From positions 27,590,001-27,654,000 of the forward strand of contig OX597828.1 in the NCBI GenBank assembly GCA_951406725.2: a stretch of DNA of 64,000 nucleotides, in the 5' to 3' direction. This document shows, piece after piece, positions 41,328 to 54,182 of the stretch (positions are counted from its first letter, which is position 1; the number at the start of each line of letters is the position of its first letter). The translations under genes and the position numbers were made by a program. The stretch comes from Octopus vulgaris. Lineage: Eukaryota. A model generated the notes under the pieces. The model made no database searches. It worked only from the letters and a program-made list of their open reading frames with translations, and had not been told where the DNA came from.

Positions 41328-42552
41328 TATCTCACAGCTTTGAGATTCAGAATGACATTATAGGAGGGTGTGAGAGGCCGGATCTGGTTGGGTTGAACAT
41401 AAAACCAGACCTGGCCTCTCACACCCTTCTTACAATATCATCCTAAAAAGAAATTACATCATTAAAATCTTGAAGCTACAACATAATACATGATTACTTC
41501 ATAACACTGTGAATGAATATATTTGAGAGAGAGAGAGAGCAATTTGAATGCTGAAGAATTAAGTACAACTCATCCGCCTCTATTCTGATGACTCTGAAAC
41601 AATTAGAGTACACTTCCAACCAGTTTCCAGCATCTGTTGCGATTTACATATTCAGGCAGGGCTGTGTGGTGAAAAACTTGCTTCAGGTTCTGTCTGCCTG
41701 CATAATAACACCTTGTGTAAATATCTTTAACTATAGTCCCAGGCCGACCAAAGATTTTGGGTTGGATTTGGTAGATAGAAACCGAAAGAAGTCCATTGTA
41801 TCTTTATATACACATTCATACATACACACACACACACACAATATGAACATTTCCTTTCAAAATGTTTGTGGAGTTATGTTTGTTTAGAATTTTTTTATAT
41901 GATTTATAATTTTTATCTTAGGAAAATATTTCTTGAAATGTGTATGTGTGTGTGTGTGTGTGTTAATGTTTCTTTGCTTTGACAACACTTGATGGTTGTA
42001 AACGAGTGTGCCCATGATGCAGATGGTATCTCCCTTTTCCAGTCTTCTATTCTTCCATGGAAACATATCTGGTCATGGAGAAATAATACCTCACTTGCAA
42101 ACAGATGATTGTTGCAACAGGAAAGGTATCTGGTTGTAGAAAAATCTGCCTCAACAAATTCTGTCCAACCCATGCCAGCAAGAAAAAGTGAAAATTAAAT
42201 GATGATGATGATCAGGATGATATGTGATTCCTATTTGTTCAATTTTTGGTAATATAATTAAACAAAGACAATTACCTGTTGTAGCTGATTAGAAACAATT
42301 ACAGCTAGGGAGGTGGGGGTATGCATTCTGCACACTAAGTACAGATACAGTAGGGTTACCCTAACATAATATGACATGATAAAGCCTCAGTCAACTGAGA
42401 TAATCTCACAATTAGTAGATAGAAACTCCCTCTAATGGTATCACATTTGATGGCATATAAGATGCCCTTTTTTTCTCCAAAACAGTGTCTCAAAAAATTC
42501 ACCCCACTTCTGAAAGTGTGAGGTGTCTTGTATGCCTGTGTGTGTCTTTTAA

Positions 42553-42772
42553 CCCTTTCATTACCAACCCGGCTGAAACCGGCTCTGGCTCTGAGTACTA
42601 ATGTCTTGTTTTCATAAGTTTTGAATTAAAATCTTCCACCAAACATAAGTCACACTTTATGTTCCTAACACTAGCTGAATGATAACTAAGTTATTTTACT
42701 AAATTCTTTGTTATATTTAGAATAATTGAAAGAAACACAGAGCATCTCAAAATAAATACAGTAATGAAAGGG
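42553..42772. mobile_element. piggyBac-type MITE (220 bp)
   Basis: Perfect 12-bp TIR CCCTTTCATTAC/GTAATGAAAGGG flanked by TTAA on both sides; related degenerate copies near 23950-24305 and 56143-56250. Confidence 0.9.
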
Positions 42773-43423
42773 TTAAGGCATTACATATGGTACTTTAGAT
42801 TTAAAAACCACAAACAAGAGATTAAAAACATGTCCATTAATGCAACAGATGGTTTTAAAGACCAGATTCACTTTTACCTGCATTCTTTATTTTCTACCCC
42901 AAAAGCTTAATCAGTTCTTGTTATTGAAGTTGTCTCTATGTTGTATTTACATATTAAACACTCCTAGAGGCAGTATTTGGATAATCTAAGATGAACATAG
43001 TTATTCCACTTAGTAAGACCTGACCAAAATTGATCTATTAGTCGTTAGTTTTCAAGTCTTTCAGTCTGTAATAACAATGAAAAGGCCCAAATCTAAGGCA
43101 CCGTTCTTTGAACAGCTAGTACCACTTTCCTACATTATTATTCAATTGTAATAAAATAAACAGTAATTATTAGAGCTTCTTGCTGTGAACGTATGAAATG
43201 TAAAATGAAACAGTTCGGTAAAATATAAATAGTAACATATCAAAGACTTTAAAAACATCCTTTTCAATAGGTTTCTCTCCACATTACTAGTGGGGCTGAG
43301 AATGGATGGTTATAGGGATGGCATCTTTTATATTGACATTTACATTAGTAGGTCGTTACAAACAAAACCTTCCAAAACAAACTCACACATATATAGCTAT
43401 CTCTCTCTCTCTCTCTCTCTCTG

Positions 43424-43456
<33 letters not shown>

Positions 43457-43794
43457 AATTCCAACCTGAAGGGAAAATGTATTTCAATTGTAGATTATAA
43501 TAGAAAAATTATCAAAACTGTTTATATGTTACGAGATTTCAAAAGCTTAACTGCTGAGAAAAAATAGGAATCATGAAAGTGGCCTTTTAAATAAGTCACT
43601 GTTATATTTGAATCAGATCAGTTGTTGGAAAGTGTGCCAAAGCCACAGAGAAAGCTGTCACCCGTGAAGAAGAGTATCAGCAAGTACAAACAGATGAAGA
43701 GATCAAATATTGATCTCTCTGCTGAGTTAGAACATATTGCAACTGTGTGTTTCAATGAAGAGTTCACATAATAATAACAATAATAGTAATAATG

Positions 43795-43844
<50 letters not shown>

Positions 43845-44147
43845 TAAACAATTGGACGTAGGAGTGATGTGTGTGTACTGTTTGTCATCGTTGTCATTCA
43901 ATATATGATGTCCATGCTGGCATGGGTTGGATGGTGTGACCAGAGCAGGTAAGCTAGGGAGCTGCACCAGGCTCCAATTTCATGCCCTTCCTAACATGCC
44001 AACCACTTTACAGAGAGTGTTGGGTGCTTTTTACATGGCACCACACAAATGTGTATATATGTATATACACACACACACACTACTGCCCTCATACTTATTA
44101 GCCATCATTTGATTAATAAGAAATATAAAATATAAAACGTGGCTGTG

Positions 44148-44516
44148 TGGTAAGTAGCTTGTTTACCAACCATATGGTTCCGGGTTCAGTCCCACTGCAT
44201 GGCACCTTGGGCAACTGTCTTCTACTATAGCCTCGGGCCGACCAAAACCTTGCGAGTGGATTTGGTAGACGGAAACTGAAAGAAGCCCCTCGTATATGTC
44301 TGTGTGCGTGTATGTTTGTGTTTGTCCCCCTAGCATTGCTTGACAACCGATGCTGGTGTGTTTATGTCCCTGTCACTTAGCGGTTCGGCAAAATAGACCA
44401 ATAAAATAAGTACTGGGCTTACAAAGAATAAGTCCCAGGATCGAGTTGCTCGATTAAAGGTGGTGCTCCAGCATGGCCGCAGTCAAATGACTGAAACAAG
44501 TAAAAGAGTAAAGAGA
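44148..44516 (+). mobile_element. SINE family A
   Basis: Matches family A. Confidence 0.9.
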
Positions 44517-45175
44517 GTTCTAGGTACAGGCATTTACTGTTTGGTTAAGAAGCTCACTTTGCAAGCGTGTGGTTTTAGGTTCAATCCCAGTGTGTGGCAC
44601 CTTGGGTAAGCATCTTCTACTAGTACTGTGGGTCGACTAATACCTTGTGAGTGAACTTTATTTATTACCCCCCCCCCAACCTCCACCATGCCACTAAAAC
44701 ATTGCAAAGTAAAAGTTTAAGCTCGACAGGAGTGGAACTTGGAATACAAAGAACTGGAATAATTACTGACACTTTTAACGCTTCAGCCAACTCGGCATTT
44801 TTCAAACTAAATCTTTTTTTACTTATTTCATTTACCAGGTGGTGGCCATGGTGGGGCACTGCCTAGAAAGAACTTTTGGTCAAATTACTCAACCCCAGTA
44901 CCTAGATTTTTTCTTAAGCAAGGTACTTATTCTGTCAGTCACTTTTTGCAGAATCTTTAAGCTACAGAGGCATAAACACAGACATATATATATATATGAT
45001 AGGCTTCTTTCAGTTTCCATTTAACAAATCCACTTGCAAGGTTTTGGTCAGCCCAAAGCTATAGAAGACACTTGATCTCATGGTTCTGAGTTTAGTAGGA
45101 CTGAACCCAGAACCATGTGATTGGGAAGTTAAGCTTCTGACCACACAGCTATACTTGCACTTCATATATATACAG

Positions 45176-45206
<31 letters not shown>

Positions 45207-45477
45207 GCACTTACACCACTCTGTAGGATGGCTGATGTTAGGAAGGGCATCCAGCCACAAAATCCATGCCAAAGCAGACACAGTAATCTGGTGTAGTCTT
45301 CTACCTGGTCGGCTCCTGTCAAACCATCCAACCCATGCCAGCATGGAAGGCAGATGTTAAATGATGATGATGGATATATATATATATATATAAGAAAACA
45401 CAAAAAAACACAGCAACGCGAGGACATGGAACAAATAAAGTATTATTGGACGCTCAGGAAAGAAGGGAAGAAGGAGG

Positions 45478-45512
45478 GTTTAACGTTTCGAGCGGAGCTC
45501 TTCATCGGAAAC
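45478..45512 (-). ncRNA. Hammerhead-like motif (U4C core variant), Penelope-like remnant
   Basis: GTTT-CCGATGA-a-GAGC tcc GCTC-GAAA-CG-TT-AAAC: helix I, helix II and palindromic ACGT helix III. Confidence 0.5.
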
Positions 45513-45563
45513 ATAGGAGAAGGAAAGGCAGAGGAAAAAAAATCAGCAGCGGTACTCACGAGG

Positions 45564-45656
<93 letters not shown>

Positions 45657-46798
45657 ATAAAACTCTGCTGGCTCTCAATAATTTCTCTCCTTCCAAGTTT
45701 TCCCTGAAGAAGTGACTCTGTCCGAATCGCCAAAATCTCATTCTTCTCTTTTTATTGATTTTACAGTATAATCTAAGTCCTGTCGATGTAGACCAACGCC
45801 AGCCTCTTTGGAATCTGTTTGATCATATACCTACGTGTGTGTGTGTGCATTACTGTTTCCTTGCCTTGACATCATCGCCTGCTAGCTGTATGCAATTTAC
45901 ACTGCCATGCAACCAGTACCCTTTCTTTCTAATCTTCCGTGAAATTACATCTGGCCATTAGGAAACATTGCCTTACTTGGAAAGAAGTAAGGGATTGGCA
46001 GCAGGAAAGGCATCCAACCATAAAACATCCACCTCAACAAATTCGGTTGAACCGATGCAAGCATGTGGACACTAAAATGGTGTTGATGATATTCATTTAT
46101 ATTTCTGCCCATTACTCTACCTGAAGGGATATTCACATAATTTTTTTTTTTTTTTTCATGCTTTGAGACAGTTTTCATAGCTTAATGGGAAAAAGATTAT
46201 ATCTTCATTATGTTTAAACATGATCTTTTTTTGCATACTATACAAGTTTACAAGTTAGATATCCATCTAAATACCAGCTTGGCAACAAGTCATGTTAAAG
46301 GGCCTGTAGGTATTTCTCTAATATTTTATGACACTGACAAGCAGATTGAGTATATTCAAGCTGAAATTTGTTATCTACAACTCACAGAGAATGGTTTTTC
46401 TAAATGGAAACCCATCTACCGATCAGCTCGGCACTACGTTGCTTCACATCAGTGATCTGATGAAAACTAGTTGTTCCCAGTGCCAATTGACAGTCAGAAC
46501 ATATTTACATAAATATATACTTGGGTAGACGATAACTGCAATACATTCGCATACGTTCAGATGACACTAATTCACTATCTTAATACGTGTGATGCAGAAA
46601 CGTTAAAAAAAAAGAGAAAATCTGACGTTTTATTTCATTTTCCTTTTCTTTTTTTTTTTCTGTTCTCAGCCATTTCCCGTTTTTTTTTTGTTTCTTTTTT
46701 TTTTTATAAACATTTCTTTTGAACTAGTTACTAATGAAGGCTAAATACACTAATAAAAAATTCTTCAGTCCAATAGAAGCTCCATAATAAAAACTTAC

Positions 46799-46882
46799 GT
46801 TGGAAACATGTTTCTTGAGAATGGCCAACACTTGTTCTAAAACTTCAATGCAGCATGGATTTACCTTCAAACTGTCCATTTC
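46799..46882 (-). CDS. BEN-domain gene, probable first coding exon (E-MDSLKVNPCCIEVLEQVLAILKKHVSN); the ATG at codon 2 may be the start
   Basis: Acceptor tctctttcAG before 46882, donor GTAAGT after 46799; 84 nt, phase 0-0, open frame; splices in frame to the 39814 exon. Confidence 0.7.
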
Positions 46883-49800
46883 CTGAAAGAGACAGAGAGG
46901 AACAGAAGCAATAAAGAGTGGCAAATGAAACAGTTTTCTAAAATATTATCCGTCACACAACAAATGTTTCAAATTAACTGGTGTAGACTATATTTATGGT
47001 CCTGAATTAACCACAACTTCTGCTGATAGCATAGCTATAAAATCCTAGCTTTTAATATCTTATCACCAGAAGATAAATTTTTTTTTTTTTTTTAAATCAA
47101 GCTGGTACACCTGTACTGGCTCTGTGGTTAATTGCTACATTCAAGAGTTAAATCTTAATACAGGTCGGAATAAAATACCTTAACTAGCTTGCTTTAGCTT
47201 TATTTTCTCTCTCAAATTATTAGCCTAAATTATATCTACTCTCAGTAAGGTTTGTGGAAGTAAATAAATATAGCTTAAGAAAATACAGCCAAGGATTTGC
47301 AGATCTAGCAAACCTGTGAAATATGCAAGCCATGCTAATATCAACTTTGCTTTTTATTTTTCCAGTGAGGGTCAATGAAATAAAGTATCAAAAAGTACTG
47401 ATGTTGATACAATTGACTATATACCTCACCCATATGCTAAGCTAAAAAGCTCAAGCGCTTAATTAAGGATTTTAACAGAAACATTAAATTTTCATACAAA
47501 CTACTTTGCAGTATTTTGTTACACCCCTTTGTACTCTGAGTTCAAATTGTGCTGATGTCAACCTTGCCTTTCATTCTTTCAGGGGCCAATGAAATAAAAT
47601 ACCAAAGAAACAAACATGGTTCTACCATTACAGTTGATAAAAGACAATCCTAAATGTTAATTAATTATATATTTAACAGAACACACACAAACTGAATTTA
47701 TATTCCTTGACCTTTTGAATGTGGAAAGTGGATATATCTACCCAGAATTATAGTGATGTTAACTGCAAAAAGTGGTTTAAACTCAATCATAATCATCATC
47801 ATTTAATGTCCACTTTCCATTCTGGCATGGGTTGGACTTTTTGACAGAGGACTGGCAAGCCAGAAAGCTGCACCAGGCTCCAATCTGATCTGGCAAGGTT
47901 TCTACAGCTGGATGCCCTTCCTAATGCCAACCACTCCAAGATTGTAGTGGGTGCTTTTTACATGCCACCAGCACAGGGGCCAGTCAGGTGGCACTGGCAT
48001 CAACCATGCTCAAATGGTGTTTTTTACATGTCACCAGCATGGGAACCAGTCAGGCAGTACTGGCATCCACCATGCTCGAATGGTGCTTTTTATGTGCCAC
48101 TGGCACGGGAGCCAGTCAGGCAGCACTAACGGGAAAGAAAGAAACTATGCTGCAAGAAGTGGAGATAGCTCCAGTGACACTCTTTACAAAAGACATTTTT
48201 TTCAGATTTTCTAATTTTTTTTTTCTTCATATCTCATCAAATATCTTTTATATTAATAAGAATCAAATACTTTTAGTGGTTCATATGAAAACTGTGATTT
48301 AAAAGAGTTACTGAAAAGGCATTGCAGAAAACATCAATTACATGTTTTGTTGGATAATTAACATCATTAAGGGAATGACCGTGAAATTTAATTATGCAGA
48401 TAAAGGGTTCAGCTTGTTGATATCAAGTTGATGTATTCCCTGAATACATGGACTTTAAAACAAAATAAACAAAAGATTAATATCCAATTTCATATTGAAG
48501 CAGAATAGTTTTACTTTCAAGTTAAGCCATTAACATTCACTTGATTCTGTCAAATCTAATATTTATTTACATTGCTTTGAATTAACCATGCATTATCTCT
48601 TAGCTTCAATATTTCAGTGATGTGCTTGTTTATTTTTAGAATAACATTGTAGGGTATGTGTGAGGGACTAAATCTGGTCAGTTTGAACAGAGAGCAGCTA
48701 CAATATTTTGGCTGGATAAGGCTCGTTTAAACACTAAGGCGTTAAATCAAATATGATAAAAATATTTTACTTTCATGAGAACTTAAACCAATCTCTAGAA
48801 CCGCAAATAAAATACCAGTGATTCTGTATTGAAAAAAAATTAATGCTTGTACAATCAAATTAAATGTATATACACACACATACACACATCAGTTTCCAGA
48901 ACCACAGGTACCACATCAATTTTTCAGAACCTTTAGCTCCAAAACCTTTTTTTTGTGATTATAGATTTTTCCAAACCAGGGGTGGTCTCCTTGGTCAACA
49001 CACTTTAAAATTAAAGAAATATTAAATTTACTTAAATACTTAAATGTAAAACCTCTACATTAGTATAAATGATACAAGCTTATTAATACTGTACTGTGCA
49101 AGTTACTAGTCTGTGCAAAGTACGAGTAAGCTAGTTTGGTGGCTGTGAGAATTTGAATTCCCTGCTTGTAAACTGGTGCAGATTATAAGTTCCTGACCAT
49201 TAGTGTCCAGAAAGTCAGTATTGTACCTCTGTGTGTGTGTGTGCATGATTTTACACACATGCATATACATATAAAACACAGGCATATATAGGTAAGTATG
49301 TCAAACACAATATAAACTCATGATTTCTTAAAAGTGTCTCCTCTCTCCGCAGAGGATCTTGCATAGTTACCAAATGGCTATTTAGGACCAACTTCAAACT
49401 TAGTTTTATAAACCTTCCTCAAACAGCATGTTGCTTCATTTCATGCTTCTACTATACACTAGTGGAATCAGTAATAAAATATTGTACCAATTCCATATGT
49501 ATTAATTAGTAGTAGCAGCAGCAATACTACTACTACTACTACTACTAATAATAATAATAATAATAATCCTTTCTACTATAGGCACAAGGCCTGGAATTTT
49601 GGGGAGGGGGACTAATCGATTACATTGACCCCAGTGTTTAACTGGTACTTATTTTGTTGACCCTGGAAGGATGAAAGGCCTTAGCAAAATTTGAACTCAG
49701 AACATAAAGACAGACTGAATGTCACTAAGCGTTTGGCGCCTGGTGCAGTAACAATTCCTCCACCTCATACCTTAAATAATAATAATAATAATTCATTTTT

Positions 49801-49996
49801 TCTATAGGCACAAGGCCTGAAATTTGGGGGGAGGGGGCTAGTCGATTACATCAACCCCCCCAGGACTCAAATGGTATTTATTTTATCGAACCCGAAAGGA
49901 TGAAAGGCAAAGTTGACGCCGGCAGCATTTGAACTCAGAACACAAAGAAAGACAAGTGAAATACCACATGCTTAACGATTCTGCCAGCTCGCCGCC

Positions 49997-50095
<99 letters not shown>

Positions 50096-50947
50096 GTGGT
50101 AATGGTGGTAGCCTTAGAAAGCATTTAATTTTTACAGTCTAAGCAAAGATCAGAACAGCTGTACAACTGGGAAAAAACCATCAGCAATAGTATTTCACAC
50201 TGTGATGCTCACGCATGGCCGTTAACTTTGAAGATGGTGTCAACTCCAGACGTCCTAAAAGAATCGTAATTTGAAAAAGAAAAAGAAAAAAATAATGTAG
50301 AAAGAATCTTAAATAACTATAAAGCGGTACGCTGTGTGTTTGGTTTCGGGGAAGGTGTATCCTCTAATTATAATTTCAAAGTTGATTTTTTATATATGTA
50401 TTTATTTATTTATATTATTTTTTCGTGTGTGAATACTTTAAAAGTGAATAAAATAACAACAGAAAATACAGAACAAGTGAAATAAGCAAGCTGCCTTAGA
50501 GGCAGCAGTAAGTATTATTATCTGACTGACTGCCAACCAGATACATAGAGAGCAAGTGGATCTGTGAGTCAGTTTACAGATCTGGAGATCTCTGCTTCTA
50601 TAATCTATCTACTTCCGCTCGCTTTTTTCTTCCTTTCTCTCTCTCTCTCTCTCTGTGTAAATCTCTCTTATTCTTTCCCATTTATTCATATATAGACACA
50701 TACCACACGTCCACATACCAGATTCTCGTAATTCCACACCCTAAGCTTATTAAACAACTATAGCAGAGAATCTGGAACTAAATTCTAAAAGTTACGTACA
50801 TCTTACAAAAGAAAAAAAAACAACTCTTTTTGCCTGTATTTAAATACATCTAGAAGAAACAAATAGTAGTGACAATATTTAATAATAATAATAAAATATA
50901 ATAACAATCATTTAAAATAAACATGAGATAGTATGTATATATGCCCG

Positions 50948-51004
<57 letters not shown>

Positions 51005-51100
51005 AAACACTCGGTAGGAGAACCTGCGGGTGAAATGATATAATTAACGTGCTTGCATGTAAATTAATAATTTTTTCCGCGTTTTTACTTTCAACATCTG

Positions 51101-51131
<31 letters not shown>

Positions 51132-51786
51132 AGATGTTCCCATGCAAAAAAAAATAAATAATAGACTTCCTCAATAAGGAAATTTAAAAATCATTTCCAA
51201 TACAACACTGAAACTTTTCTCTCTGTCTCTCTCTCTCTCTCTATTTGTATTCATCCACTTAATTCGTGTGTAAAGTCCAGTCCATTCGACCAAATTCTTC
51301 AACAGATCTATCTATCTACTCGATGATCCGGGTCGTTTCGTCTTTCGCTTCTTATAATACGGGATTTAGCAGTCTAATTAATAATACATATCCAGATCTG
51401 TTCTGCTTACTGCTATGAAAAGACCAAAAAAAAAAACCCATCTAGTTGTGAACCTTTATCGTCTCTCATTCATTCTTCTCTCCGTCTTGTTTACTTATAT
51501 CTGCTCTGCTCACTCATATTTTTTAGAAATTTACAGAAAAGAATTTTTTTTTTTTTTACCACACGGTTATGTATATATATATATAGTTTGTAGTAACCGA
51601 CCTATAAAAAAAAAAAAATGATGTGAAAAAAAATAATCTTATAATCCGATCGATCAAACTCTCTCGTTCGTCTGTACATCTACAGATCATTTAAATGTTG
51701 TTGTGATATGAACAACTGTTATATATTTTTAAACATCTGTGTGTGTGTGCATCAATATAAATAAATCTGTATATATATATATACGT

Positions 51787-51806
51787 ACTATATTACAGTA
51801 TAGATG

Positions 51807-51837
<31 letters not shown>

Positions 51838-52064
51838 ATATATATATATATGTACTATTTTACAGTATATATATATATATATATATATGTACTATATTAC
51901 AGTATAGATGTATATATATATGTACTATATTACAGTATAGATGTATATATATATATATATATGTACTATATTACAGTATAGATGTATACATATATATATG
52001 TACTATATTACAGTATAGATGTATACATATATATATATATATATACTATATTACAGTATAGATG

Positions 52065-52099
<35 letters not shown>

Positions 52100-52260
52100 C
52101 TATATTACAGTATAGATGTGTATATATATATATATAATGTACTATATTACAGTACAGATGTATATATATATATATATATATATACATATATATATGTACT
52201 ATATTACAATATAGATGTGTATATATATGTATATATGTACTATATTACAATATAGATGTG
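51787..52260 (+). repeat. Minisatellite: ~21-bp unit TACTATATTACAGTATAGATG, about 11 copies, with variable (TA)n spacers
   Basis: Directly visible; recurring VLYYSIDV peptides in overlapping ORFs. Confidence 0.9.
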
Positions 52261-52739
52261 TATATATATATATATCAACACGCACATGCAAGCCACTCAC
52301 ACACACACACATGCGCGAGAGCGCTTGTTTTTAACGCAGCCAGTTCAAATTATCTGTACATACATACACATATATATATATACGCGAGGAGAAAGAGTAT
52401 ATGTATAATGAGCGATATACCTGTCCAAATGATTTTGTAAAAAGGGGTTACATTAAAGTCCACTCGGAAATTTGGTAAATAAATGGTCTGTCGATGTGAT
52501 GAGAAGCGCTCTATTTTAACATTTATAGTTGTGGAATATTTATACATATCTTATATACATCTTGCACATGTGTGTTGCGTATGAACATACGTATACTCGT
52601 TCGTACATGTTTCAAAAATACGATCGAAATCAGCTAGCTGTATATAATGATAATAATGATAATAATAATAATAATAATAATCCTTTCTCTGTGTCTTTTC
52701 TTTTCCCCTCTTTCTAGTGGGCGGGGAGGACAGTTGATT

Positions 52740-53030
52740 AGTTCCCGTTCGTTTGACTGTTTGTTCGTCTATCTTTCTATCTATCTATCCGATCAACAAA
52801 GCAAGCTGCTATCATCATCTATCTATCTATCTATCTATCTATCTAGCCATGATCGACAAACGACCGACTCGACTGGCAGACAGATTCCAGATTCCAGTTG
52901 TGGTGGGCTGCTGCTGGCCTATTTTTTTAAAAACGTTTTTCTAACAGATATGGCACAGATCTAGTCGTGAGCTGCAGAAGGAAGTGGTCCGGGAATGCTG
53001 GGTAGCAAAACTGTCACGACGTCACAGGTG
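52740..53030. promoter_or_regulatory. Candidate promoter/TSS region for the BEN gene
   Basis: Local CpG enrichment in CpG-poor DNA, ETS-like GGAAGTG and CRE-like GACGTCA motifs, upstream of the minus-strand gene; no transcript evidence. Confidence 0.35.
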
Positions 53031-53346
53031 TTTGAAATGTTGCCTGATAAACCTACCTCTGTACACAATATCAGTTTAAACCATTCGCCTCTCTCTAAAC
53101 TATTTCAACACACACACACACGCACACATACATGCATATATACATACATACATCATCATCTCTCTCTCTCTTATATATATATATATATATGTATGTGTGT
53201 ATATATATATGTGTTTATATAGAGGGTTTTGACTGCTATTTCGGCATGGTGGTGTCTCTCAGACACCCTTATTTTTAGTTGTAAAAAAAATTACCTTTGT
53301 ATGGTATTTTTCCCATGCTGGCCACTTGATGATATCGATATTATCC

Positions 53347-53409
<63 letters not shown>

Positions 53410-54141
53410 TAGGTAGATAGATAGATATACACTTATCAATACTTTGTTTCCACTTACACCTTTTATTTTCACTCCTCTCCCTATTCCCCTTATACATCCC
53501 CTTATTTCTTGTGCCTTCTCCCCCTCCCCTCCCCCTACCACTATCCCTGTATTATCTTGTTTCATGTCAATATTTTCAGTGTTTATAAAATACAATTTTC
53601 TCTCTTTTTGATTGCAGCTTTACAAACCTAATGTTTCAAAATGATAAGCTGGAGGAGCTTCTATACTTATTAAGAAGGATGGGGGTGGAGAATGGATCAT
53701 TTGATCTGCTAGAAATAACAACCAACTCTCTCCTCGACACACATTCTACAATCTTAAAAAAAAATTGGGAAACTATGTTGAGGAATCTAGTCTTAGACAC
53801 ACTACTTCTAGAAAGGTAAAAAAAAATGAAAAGAAAAGCTGACTGCAGACATGAGTGGAAAATTCATGATTGTTGGTTTGTACATTCAGGGATGACCTAG
53901 GGTTAAACAACAACCATCAACAATGGGTCACAGACTAACAAGATAGCCCCTTTATATCAGCAAACAATTCCCAACCAAAGTGATAGTATGTTGTCAACTT
54001 AATGTGACAGTCCCATGAAAGGGAAGAATGCTACTGTTATTTAGCCCCAGGAAACACTGTTTCCTGTTGCACTTGACACATTTCCTGTGTCCTTATGTTT
54101 TCAAAGTGGAGACAATCACCTCCACCCAGCAAAGCCAGCAA

Positions 54142-54182
54142 CCAGAGACTAGTTTCAGAGTCATTGCTTGTCATCAGTCTGG
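54142..54182 (-). ncRNA. Minimal type-I hammerhead ribozyme motif inside a ~270-bp putative repeat (about 53990-54260)
   Basis: CCAGA-CTGATGA-caagcaatgactct-GAAA-CTAG-TC-TCTGG: canonical core, 5-bp helix I, palindromic ACTAGT helix III, GUC site; helix II weak. Confidence 0.7.

Noticed and set aside
43610-43770. Short coding-like plus-strand frame (ESDQLLESVPKPQRK...EEFT*)
   Set aside because: No clear splice sites or recognisable domain; cannot be supported
50213-50254. Possible small upstream exon of the BEN gene (ttttAG|GACG...ATGC|GTGAG)
   Set aside because: Splice signals are plausible but weak; the only frame compatible with the next exon contains a stop, so at best UTR and unverifiable here
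51787-52260. CRISPR-like repeat-spacer look
   Set aside because: Spacers are only (TA)n runs, context is eukaryotic, and there are no cas genes
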